Below, in pieces: positions 26,729-34,731 of a stretch of 64,000 bases of DNA. The notes under the pieces were generated by a model. The model was not told where the DNA came from and searched no databases. It was given only the letters and a program-made list of their open reading frames with translations. Position 1 is the first letter of the stretch; each line of letters opens with the position of its first letter. The stretch lies in NCBI GenBank assembly GCA_963665815.1, contig OY762463.1, forward strand, positions 917,469 to 981,468, given 5' to 3'. Origin of the DNA: Candidatus Cloacimonadales bacterium. Its GTDB lineage: Bacteria > Cloacimonadota > Cloacimonadia > Cloacimonadales > JAIOQZ01. The translations under genes were made by a program, and so were the position numbers.

Positions 26729-28669
26729 ATGAACTTAAAAAAACTGAGGTTAGCCCCAACGGACACATTTTTCCTGAAAATGTATCTGCTGCTGCTGGCT
26801 TTCTTTGCATTGTTTAGAATTTTCTTTGTAATAAGATATCATGGTCAATACTCAGGTGTCCCCTTTGGAGATATCCTTACAGCTTTTTTCTATGGAGCAC
26901 GTTTCGACACTGTTATAATTGGCTATTATCTTGCACCCTTCTTCCTTATCGGGCACATTCCCTATATAGGAATCGAGTTTTCTAAGATAATGAGGATTAC
27001 CGTTCAGGTATTGATGCTTATACTGCTTATAGTCTATACAGGAGCAATGATCGGGAATCTTGAGTTTTTCGAGGAATACAATTCTCATCTTGATTATACA
27101 TCCATTGAATACTCCGATACACCGGATCTGATTGTGTACACAATCTGGAATGAATATCCGGTTATACCTTATCTGTTTCTCATGTTCTTAGTTGTTGGAT
27201 CATTTGGTTATCTTCAACACAGGTTGTTCAAAAAGCTGCAATATAAAAAAACTCACTATATAAACAGATCAGTCACATTCCTGATTTTAGCAGGACTATT
27301 GTTTCTTGGTGTCAGAGGACGAACCGGTACAGCGTCCATCAACTGGGGTGTAGGCTTCACAAGCCAGTACAACATTGCAAACCAGACTGCCGTTAACCCT
27401 ATATTCAATTTTATTCGAGACGTTTATGACCACGAAAAGCGTCCGCAATACATTTCTGATAAGGAAGCTATTGAAGTTACTAAAGAAATTATCATGCCGA
27501 ATGAAGAGCCAATTGTGAAGGAATATCCTTTCTTTAGAGAGTTTAAAACTGATGAACCGCAAAAAAAGATGAATGTAGTGCTTATTCTTCTGGAATCGTT
27601 TTCTGCTGAATTTGTTGGCTGCCTCGGTTCGGATCTTGGACTTACTCCAAATTTCGACAAGCTTTCTGAAGATGGCGTCCTGTTTACAAATTTCTACAGT
27701 AATGGACAGCGAAGTGCCAGAGCTTTTAATACCAGCTATTGTTCTTATCCCGTACTTACAGGCAAATCTCTTATAAAGCAGGTACAGGCTCAGCAGAAGA
27801 TACCTTCTATAAGTCAGATGCTAAAAGACTCAGGCTATTCAACTCACTTCATATATGGTGGGGATATTGAATTTGACAATATGAGAGGATTTCTGGTATC
27901 AAAGGGTGTAGATAACTTTGTAGGTCAGACAGATTTTGATCCTGATACTTTCATCAATAAATGGGGAGCTCCCGATCATGTTGTTTTCGAAAGAACAATA
28001 GAAGAAATAGATAAATTACCTGCTGATAAGCCATTCTTTTTATCTGTATTCTCAACAACAAACCATCCACCATATACAATCCCGGATGTTGATTTCGGAA
28101 AAGTAGAAACTGGTGGTGAGTTAAACGGAAACTACAATACTTTTAAATACATGGACTATGCTCTCGGACAATTTTTTGATAAAATAAAAGGCAAACCGTA
28201 TTTTAACAACACTCTATTTATTGTTACAGGTGATCATTCCAAGAATTATCATCATGATATTCCTTTTGATCACAGAGCGTCCTATGTTCCATGCCTGTTC
28301 TACAGTCCGGGAAATCTTGCACCGGCAAGATATGATTATGTAACGAGTCAGGTTGACATTCCACCAACACTTCTTAACTATTTGCATATTTCTGCCAGAC
28401 ATTCTTTCTTTGGAAAAGACATGTTGAATGGAAATCCCGACAACAGATTTGCCCTGATTGTTAAACACAACAACATTGGTTGGCTTGAAGACAAGTATTT
28501 TTTTAGTGGAAAAATCGGACAAGGATCTCAACTGTATAATCTTGAAAATGAAAAGTTTATTGATATCAAGAATGCTGAGAAAGAGCTTCATGACAGGCTT
28601 CAGAGGAAAGCGTATTCAATGGAGCAGGCAGTGTTCTATCTTTTTAAGAAGCGAAGAATAGCATTTTGA
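26729..28669 (+). CDS. LTA-synthase/phosphoglycerol-transferase family protein (LtaS/OpgB-like sulfatase-fold)
   Basis: Five N-terminal TM helices plus an extracytoplasmic sulfatase-type domain: NVVLILLESFSAEFVG, GQRSARAF, TTNHPPYTIP, VTGDHS. Confidence 0.85.
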   Translation: MNLKKLRLAPTDTFFLKMYLLLLAFFALFRIFFVIRYHGQYSGVPFGDILTAFFYGARFDTVIIGYYLAPFFLIGHIPYIGIEFSKIMRITVQVLMLILLIVYTGAMIGNLEFFEEYNSHLDYTSIEYSDTPDLIVYTIWNEYPVIPYLFLMFLVVGSFGYLQHRLFKKLQYKKTHYINRSVTFLILAGLLFLGVRGRTGTASINWGVGFTSQYNIANQTAVNPIFNFIRDVYDHEKRPQYISDKEAIEVTKEIIMPNEEPIVKEYPFFREFKTDEPQKKMNVVLILLESFSAEFVGCLGSDLGLTPNFDKLSEDGVLFTNFYSNGQRSARAFNTSYCSYPVLTGKSLIKQVQAQQKIPSISQMLKDSGYSTHFIYGGDIEFDNMRGFLVSKGVDNFVGQTDFDPDTFINKWGAPDHVVFERTIEEIDKLPADKPFFLSVFSTTNHPPYTIPDVDFGKVETGGELNGNYNTFKYMDYALGQFFDKIKGKPYFNNTLFIVTGDHSKNYHHDIPFDHRASYVPCLFYSPGNLAPARYDYVTSQVDIPPTLLNYLHISARHSFFGKDMLNGNPDNRFALIVKHNNIGWLEDKYFFSGKIGQGSQLYNLENEKFIDIKNAEKELHDRLQRKAYSMEQAVFYLFKKRRIAF

Positions 28670-28750
28670 ATAAAAACTTTATAAATAAAGCTGGACATTA
28701 CAGCCGTGCCTTTAGGATTTTGACACACTGATTAATCACAGGAGATTGTA

Positions 28751-30295
28751 ATGTTGGAAAACGTTGAAAAAAAACAAGATGAAATGGTTGGAACTGATAC
28801 AGTTCAGAGTGAAAACAAAGTCGAAGAAAAAGTAGAAATTACTGAAACTGCAGATACTGCAACAGAAGAAAGTTCTGAAGACATGGAAACATTAATCGAG
28901 CAGTCAATTGCTGAAGCATTTGAAACAACTGAAGGTGACCTTGTAACAGGTACAGTTGTTAATGTTAACGATTCATATGTATTCGTAACCCTCGGAGATA
29001 AACTTGATGCACATGCTGAAGTTTCTGAATTTAAAGATGAAAATGGTAATGTTACCGTAAAAGTTGGTGATGAAATTACTGCTTACGTAGTTAAGAAAAA
29101 TGATGTAGAAACTGTAATTTCCAAAAGATATTCAAAAGCTAATGTAGACAAGTCTGCATTGAAAGATGCTTTTGAAAGAAAAATTCCTGTGACTGGAAAA
29201 GTTGTCAAAATTATAAAAGGCGGATTCCAAATAGATGTTCTTAATGCAAGAGCATTCTGTCCATCTTCACAAATCAGTTTATTCCCTCTTAAAGATCAAA
29301 ATTCAGTTCTCGGACAAAGCTTTGACTTCCAGATTATTGATTATACTGATAAAGGAAGAAACATTGTTGTTTCCCATAGAGTTCTTGCAGAACAAGAAGC
29401 AGCTGAGAAGAAAACTGAAGCACTTAAAAAGCTTGAAGTTGGTATGGTTATTGAAGGAATAGTGACCAGATTAACCGGTTTCGGTGCATTCATCGATCTC
29501 GGTGGAATCGAAGGTCTTGCTCATGTTTCTGAAATTTCATGGACAAGAATTGCTAAACCATCTGACGCACTTGAAACAGGTCAGAAAGTTCAAGTAAAAG
29601 TTATCAAACTCGATGGCGAAAAGATTTCTCTCAGTATCAAGCAACTTACAGAAAACCCTGTAAACGCAGCTATGAGAGAACTTAAAGAAGATCAGATTGT
29701 TAATTGCCGCGTAGTTAAAAACGAATCTTTCGGTTCATTCGTAGAAATCATGCCTGGCGTTCAAGGTCTTATTCCTATCTCAGAGATGAGAAGAGGTAAA
29801 AGAGTTAACAAGCCTTCAGAAGTTGTTTCAGTTGGACAACTTGTTGAAGCTCAGATCCTCAGAGTAGATGTAGAGAAAAAGAAAATTTCTCTTTCACTTA
29901 AAGCTCTCCAGCCTGATCCATGGGATAACATTGATGAATTCCTTAAAGAAGGTGAACTTGTTCAGGGAACAATCGATGGTGTATCTGAATTCGGTACATT
30001 CGTAAAAGTAGCTGAGGGTCTTACAGGATTAATGCCTAAGTCTAAACTTGCAATTGCAAAAGTAGTTCATGCAAAAGAAAACGTTGGTGAAGCTATTACT
30101 GTAAGAGTTATCAACATTGATGAAGCTAAAAAGAGAATATCTCTTGAGCCTTCTGAAATGCCTGAACAGCCTCAACAGCAAGAAAGACCTCAGTACAACG
30201 AAAGACGAAGAAATAACGATAACAGAGGTGAATGGAAACGTTATGCAAATGAAAACTGGGACAACCAGATTGACAGTCCATTCAAAGATTTATAG
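28751..30295 (+). CDS. rpsA: 30S ribosomal protein S1
   Basis: Repeated S1 domains (GTVVNVNDSYVFVTLG, GIVTRLTGFGAFIDLGGIEGLAHVSEISW, GSFVEIMPGVQGLIPISEM, GTFVKVAEGLTGLMP). Confidence 0.9.
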   Translation: MLENVEKKQDEMVGTDTVQSENKVEEKVEITETADTATEESSEDMETLIEQSIAEAFETTEGDLVTGTVVNVNDSYVFVTLGDKLDAHAEVSEFKDENGNVTVKVGDEITAYVVKKNDVETVISKRYSKANVDKSALKDAFERKIPVTGKVVKIIKGGFQIDVLNARAFCPSSQISLFPLKDQNSVLGQSFDFQIIDYTDKGRNIVVSHRVLAEQEAAEKKTEALKKLEVGMVIEGIVTRLTGFGAFIDLGGIEGLAHVSEISWTRIAKPSDALETGQKVQVKVIKLDGEKISLSIKQLTENPVNAAMRELKEDQIVNCRVVKNESFGSFVEIMPGVQGLIPISEMRRGKRVNKPSEVVSVGQLVEAQILRVDVEKKKISLSLKALQPDPWDNIDEFLKEGELVQGTIDGVSEFGTFVKVAEGLTGLMPKSKLAIAKVVHAKENVGEAITVRVINIDEAKKRISLEPSEMPEQPQQQERPQYNERRRNNDNRGEWKRYANENWDNQIDSPFKDL

Positions 30296-30323
30296 AAAAT
30301 TAATTTCGATATAATAACTTAAG

Positions 30324-30351
30324 AGCTGCGTTTTAATACGCAGCTTTTTTT
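30324..30351 (+). terminator. Rho-independent terminator of rpsA
   Basis: Stem agctgcg (30324-30330) / cgcagct (30339-30345), 8-nt loop, then a T7 run. Confidence 0.8.
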
Positions 30352-30495
30352 ATATGATATTGATCCATTAGATATATTGACTGAATACATTCTCAACAAC
30401 AAGTATTTACATATAGTCAGGAGAAACATTAATCACTCAAAACTCTGAACAGAACGAAAAACCCTTACATTCATACTGACAATTCAGATATTAAA

Positions 30496-30858
30496 TTAAT
30501 TCATTTTATGAGTTTTCTTGTAAAACTTATCTGCTCTGATTATAGATCTTACAGGAATCCACAATAATGAAAGAATAATTAGTAGTTTTATACTGAATTG
30601 AATTGGATGAGGTCTGTAAGCAAATGGCAGTTTAGCAAAGTCATCTTTCGTCAGATCATGCTCACCCAGTGTATCTGTGAATTCAAAATCCGCACCAGTA
30701 TAATCCTTTAATGACCTTGATGTAACATGGTAAATCCTCAGAGCATCGCCAATAGTTGTCTCATCGTCTATATTGTGAACAATTATGAATTTGTTAATAT
30801 CCGCAATAAATGTAGCAACGACAATTACAATGAACAAGATTGCATACAAAATCAACAT
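30496..30858 (-). CDS. Hypothetical small membrane protein (two TM helices)
   Basis: 120-aa ORF with hydrophobic N- and C-terminal helices. The start codon lies 9 nt from the IS3 end. Confidence 0.45.
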   Translation of the reverse strand: MLILYAILFIVIVVATFIADINKFIIVHNIDDETTIGDALRIYHVTSRSLKDYTGADFEFTDTLGEHDLTKDDFAKLPFAYRPHPIQFSIKLLIILSLLWIPVRSIIRADKFYKKTHKMN

Positions 30859-30867
30859 CGTGTAAGG

Positions 30868-30899
30868 TGCACCCCATTGTCCAGACCATTATTTAATTT
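30868..30899. repeat. IS3 terminal inverted repeat (orfB-proximal end)
   Basis: tgcacccCATTGTccagaccATTATttaa matches the reverse complement of 32141-32172 (tgcacccTGAAATTcagaccAGTGTttaa) at about 23 of 32 positions. Confidence 0.7.
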
Positions 30900-30911
30900 G
30901 TTTAAGTTTGT

Positions 30912-31775
30912 TTAAGATACATTTTTAAGTTCCAGATATTCAAAATATACTTCATTTGGTGTTTTGTATTTAAGAGATTGATGTAATCTTTTATTATTAA
31001 AGAAGTTGAAGTAATATTCCAGTGCGTTTCGACATTTTCTCATGTTCTCATATTCATTGAGGTAGATTTCTTCATACTTTACTGACCTGAACGTCCTTTC
31101 AACAAATATGTTGTCCAGAGCTCTTCCTTTTCCATTCATACTTATATTGATCTGGTTGCTATTTAAAATTTCGGTAAATTCATTACTCGTAAACTGGCTG
31201 CCCTGATCGGTATTGAAAATCTCAGGATATCCATATTTGCTGATTGCTTCCTGTAGGGCTTCAATGCAGAAAAATCTATCGAGGGTATTACTAACTTTCC
31301 AGCTTAGTATTTTTCTGCTGTACATATCCACGACTATTACAAGGTACATCCTTCCGGAAGAAAGATTAATATAAGTAATATCTGCCCCCCATACCTGATT
31401 AATTCGACTTATATTTATACCTTTAAGAAGATAAGGATATTTCTTATGAGCCTTATTAGGCTTGCTGAGATTAATCTTGGGATAAACTGCTTTTATATTC
31501 ATTTCTTTCATCAGTCTTTGCACTTTCTTGTGATTTACAAGAATTCCGTCTCGTTGTATACTTTTGGTTATCCTTCTATAGCCGTAAAATGGATATTGCA
31601 AATACAATTCCTCAATTTTACTCTGAACTTTACTATCATCAGTATGCATGGTTTTCTTATAGTATAGGGTACTTCTGTTTACATCAAGTAGCTTACACTG
31701 CCGTCTTATAGATAATTTTTCATGATCCTTTTCAATTAATCCGGATCTTTCCCATATATTTGTCTGTACTTTTTT
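30912..31775 (-). CDS. IS3 transposase OrfB (DDE integrase), expressed as OrfAB by -1 frameshift
   Basis: The -1 frame is open from the slippery site: KVQTNIWERSGLIEKDHEKLSIRRQCKLLDVNRSTLYYKKT-MHTDD. DDE residues sit in VWGADITYI, FNTDQGSQFTS and FVERTFRSVKYEE. Confidence 0.85.
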   Translation of the reverse strand, partial: KKVQTNIWERSGLIEKDHEKLSIRRQCKLLDVNRSTLYYKKTMHTDDSKVQSKIEELYLQYPFYGYRRITKSIQRDGILVNHKKVQRLMKEMNIKAVYPKINLSKPNKAHKKYPYLLKGINISRINQVWGADITYINLSSGRMYLVIVVDMYSRKILSWKVSNTLDRFFCIEALQEAISKYGYPEIFNTDQGSQFTSNEFTEILNSNQINISMNGKGRALDNIFVERTFRSVKYEEIYLNEYENMRKCRNALEYYFNFFNNKRLHQSLKYKTPNEVYFEYLELKNVS

Positions 31776-32032
31776 CGCAGGAAGTCCCTCTCAACTTGAA
31801 GCTGTCCGATCTTTTTATACAAATCATCCGTAGTTTCCTCCCTCTTCTTGTTTTCTTTTTTCCGCTTATCTGAAAATATACTTGAAGCACTCTCCAGAAA
31901 CTTGGTTTTCCAGTTGGTTATCAAATTGGGGTGCACATCGAATTTCGCTCCAAGTTCTACAATACTCATCTCTCCCTTTATTGCTTCAATAGCTACTTTT
32001 GCCTTAAATTCAGACGTGTAGGACTTTCTCAT
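31736..32032 (-). CDS. IS3 transposase OrfA (HTH)
   Basis: MRKSYTSEFKAKVAIEAIKGEMSIVELGAKFDVHPNLITNWKTKFLE is a typical IS3/IS911 OrfA. Confidence 0.9.
   Translation of the reverse strand: MRKSYTSEFKAKVAIEAIKGEMSIVELGAKFDVHPNLITNWKTKFLESASSIFSDKRKKENKKREETTDDLYKKIGQLQVERDFLRKKYRQIYGKDPD
31769..31775 (-). promoter_or_regulatory. Programmed -1 ribosomal frameshift heptamer A AAA AAG
   Basis: The minus strand reads cgA AAA AAG tac in the orfA frame, which is the canonical IS3-family slippery sequence. Confidence 0.8.
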
Positions 32033-32140
32033 TATAATACTCCTTAATTTACTCTTTTACTCTGAAAATTTCTCTAAAATAAAAAAGAAAAATTGAAAAG
32101 AGAAATTTTCTGAGTTAATAGTTTAACGATCGAAAATCCA

Positions 32141-32172
32141 AACTTAAACACTGGTCTGAATTTCAGGGTGCA
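32141..32172. repeat. IS3 terminal inverted repeat (orfA-proximal end)
   Basis: Partner of 30868-30899. Confidence 0.7.
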
Positions 32173-32477
32173 TTATAGTGCTATGTGGATTTAGCGAAGA
32201 TTCATCATTATAATCATCAAACATGAATAGTTCCCCCAGAATTCCGTTTATAGTTTTATATCAGTTTTAAAAATTTATATGTCAAGTAAAATGCCTGATA
32301 GTTTTTTACCATATATTTGTATCTACTTTCCTTTTATTTACTTTTATCCTCATTTCATATCTATATTCTATCTGCTTCAGTCATAAATTTATAGAATCAT
32401 ATACAGCAATTTTATCAAATTACTGCGGATATCCAATTCTTATGATAAAGACTGAAACTAACATCTATAAATGTTTC

Positions 32478-32506
32478 TTGACAAACTGAAACGGTCAAAT
32501 TATCAT
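32478..32506 (+). promoter_or_regulatory. Sigma-70-type promoter (TTGACA-17-TATCAT)
   Basis: TTGACA 32478-32483, 17-nt spacer, TATCAT 32501-32506. Lies 40 nt upstream of ATG 32547. Confidence 0.5.
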
Positions 32507-32546
32507 TTGAATGTGACGTGGAAGAGTCATATTGTAAGGAGTGAAA

Positions 32547-32774
32547 ATGCAAAACCAGTATATGGATAGACTTGATAAAATTATCGAAATCATGAAGCCA
32601 ATCAGTGAATATTTTGAGCAGGAATTACTTGAAAAACTATCACCTGAGGAGAAAGAACTCAGGATAATTGAAGGAAACAACAAAGTTACAAGATCATTAC
32701 CGGAGGGAGAACTAAGAAATCGCAGAATTGAACTTGCGAGGAGTATCATAAAAAATCTTAATAAAGAATTGTAA
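32547..32774 (+). CDS. Hypothetical small helical protein
   Basis: ATG 32547 with AGGAG 5 nt upstream (the track start GTG 32541 overlaps the RBS). Own promoter and terminator. Confidence 0.5.
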   Translation: MQNQYMDRLDKIIEIMKPISEYFEQELLEKLSPEEKELRIIEGNNKVTRSLPEGELRNRRIELARSIIKNLNKEL

Positions 32775-32805
32775 TCTATACCCGGCTCTTCCCAGCTTAT
32801 AAAGC

Positions 32806-32834
32806 AAAAAAGGCTGCATAATCTGCAGCCTTTT
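32806..32834. terminator. Bidirectional rho-independent terminator between convergent genes
   Basis: Stem ggctgca (32812-32818) / tgcagcc (32824-32830), with an A-run upstream and a T-run downstream. Confidence 0.7.
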
Positions 32835-32855
32835 AATGTTTATATGATTCTGATA

Positions 32856-34415
32856 TTATTTAATCATTATCATTTTCTTAACAACTGATGTTTCAGGAGT
32901 TTGAACTTTATAGAAGTATACACCTGATGTTACATCGTTATTATTATTGTCTTTACCGTTCCAAACAACACTGCGTTCACCTGCTTTGTAAGCTTGCTTA
33001 GCAAAAGTCTTAACCAATTGACCTTTTACATTGTAAACACTTACTTCAACGTTTGTATCATTTTTAAGTGAAAAAGCAATGTTTGTCATTGGGTTGAAAG
33101 GATTTGGATAGTTGTTAACTGCAAATACTTTTGCTTTGTTAACATCTTCAAATGTAGCTGTTCCAGTTGTACCCATAACAAGAATATTATCAACTTCCCA
33201 TGTAGCTGATTCAGTATCAGTTGATGTGAACTTAAAACCAACATAAATATTCTGATTTAAATAGTTCATAAGGTCAATATCACCTGATTCTGTCCATGTC
33301 CAGCTTCCAGGGCAAAGTGTAGCCTGAATTGGAGTCCATGTAGCAGTTGTAACGTTTCCTGCAAAATCTGTAGAAATGAAGACTTCAAGTGGATTACCTG
33401 TATAGCTCATTGCTGTCCAGAATGTCAATGTAGCAGCATTAACTGTTGAAAGATCAATAGCTGGAGTAATCATCCAGTCTTCATTAGCATTAAATCCATT
33501 ATCATAACCAGAAACTTTAGCACAGCTTGATCCATCGACGCCATGAGTTGTATCCAATCCCCATGTTTGATTACCGGTAACGCTTATTGTTGTAACATTA
33601 TCAATTCCATTTGCTTCGAAATCTTCTGTATAAAGAACTACTGATGAAGCAGAAGTTACTTCAATATAGTCTTCCATTGTTACAACTTCGTCACCTGAAG
33701 CATAACTTGCTGTAAGAACTACAGTATAAACACCTTGATTCTGGTATGTGTAAGAAGGGTTAGCTGAAGTTGCATCTTCTGTACCGTCGTTATCGAAATC
33801 CCAGCTGTAAGCTGTTGGAGTTCCAACAGTAATTGATGTGAATTGAACTGTAAGTGGAGCTGGTCCGAGAGTTACATCTGCAGTTAAGCCAGTCATTGAA
33901 TTCATTTCACCTGGAGTTCCACCGAAAACAAAGCTTGCATGCCAGTTAGCAGCAACATTGTTGTCAGCAGCAGGATCGATAAGCTCAAGAGAGGCGTCTG
34001 AACCATTAGGTTCTGTTGGCCATGGAGCTGTTACACCATAGTCAACGTTATCAATAAGATTACCTGCACCGTCTCTTAATTCAAGGTGTTTCCCTGAATT
34101 TCCAAGTCCGAAGTAAGTACCTGCAGCAATTACCGGGCACTGAAGATTAGCATAAACTGAATCGTTTTGTGCGATAACTACATATCCGCCAGCTTGAATC
34201 TGAGCAGAAAATGCAACAGGAGTGCTCATTGTCGTATCAGCGATAGTCCAGTTTGTCATATCAACAACTGCAGTACCGGTGTTATACAGTTCGAGAAATT
34301 CATAGTAAGTGTCTGGTCCAACACTCGGATTATAATGAATTTCATTAATTACTATGTCAGCAAAACAAGTTGCTGAAACTAAAAGTAGGATAAAAAGTAT
34401 GAGACTATTTCTCAT
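32856..34415 (-). CDS. Secreted T9SS cargo: lamin-tail domain + PKD + choice-of-anchor-J-like domain + C-terminal sorting domain
   Basis: Signal peptide. LTD: DIVINEIHYNPS...YYEFLELYNTG. PKD: PLTVQFTS...YSWDFDNDGTEDA...YTYQNQGVYTVVLTAS. EDFE...EDWMITPAIDL...WEVDNILV. CTD: NYPNPFNPMTNIAF...SGVYFYKV. Confidence 0.8.
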   Translation of the reverse strand: MRNSLILFILLLVSATCFADIVINEIHYNPSVGPDTYYEFLELYNTGTAVVDMTNWTIADTTMSTPVAFSAQIQAGGYVVIAQNDSVYANLQCPVIAAGTYFGLGNSGKHLELRDGAGNLIDNVDYGVTAPWPTEPNGSDASLELIDPAADNNVAANWHASFVFGGTPGEMNSMTGLTADVTLGPAPLTVQFTSITVGTPTAYSWDFDNDGTEDATSANPSYTYQNQGVYTVVLTASYASGDEVVTMEDYIEVTSASSVVLYTEDFEANGIDNVTTISVTGNQTWGLDTTHGVDGSSCAKVSGYDNGFNANEDWMITPAIDLSTVNAATLTFWTAMSYTGNPLEVFISTDFAGNVTTATWTPIQATLCPGSWTWTESGDIDLMNYLNQNIYVGFKFTSTDTESATWEVDNILVMGTTGTATFEDVNKAKVFAVNNYPNPFNPMTNIAFSLKNDTNVEVSVYNVKGQLVKTFAKQAYKAGERSVVWNGKDNNNNDVTSGVYFYKVQTPETSVVKKMIMIK

Positions 34416-34447
34416 TTTAAAACCTCCGTAATATTGTGTAGCTTTTC

Positions 34448-34476
34448 ATAATGTTTATTGCGATCTTTCTTGTCAA
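34448..34476 (-). promoter_or_regulatory. Sigma-70-type promoter (TTGACA-17-CATTAT) of the LTD cargo gene
   Basis: The minus strand has TTGACA (34476-34471), a 17-nt spacer and CATTAT (34453-34448). GGAGG RBS before ATG 34415. Confidence 0.5.
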
Positions 34477-34731
34477 GTTAATCTAACAGATATTGATATC
34501 AAATTATTATTATTTTAAATTAGTTAATTATAAACTGAATGTTAACTTTCGAAAATTATTATATTCTGAATACTTAAGTTTTTTAATGATTTTTTCTATT
34601 CCGTACTTCTATGCTTTTTTTTAGAATATTACTCATTTAATGATTGTTAGTCAACTTTTTTCTCAAACTTCTCAGTATAGATATACCTCAAACAAAGCAG
34701 TATTCATTTCATATTGAAGATAACAGCTATA

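Larger units (their letters stand above)
30868..32172 (-). mobile_element. Intact IS3-family insertion sequence (1,305 bp)
   Basis: TG...CA termini. Imperfect ~32-bp terminal inverted repeats. orfA/orfB arrangement with an A6G slippery site. No flanking direct repeat could be identified. Confidence 0.85.

Noticed and set aside
30859-32176. Target-site duplication flanking the IS3 element
   Set aside because: The flanks read ...gtaagg | IS | ttatag..., and no 3-4-bp direct repeat is evident at the boundaries I chose. The boundaries could be off by a few nt, so no claim is made.
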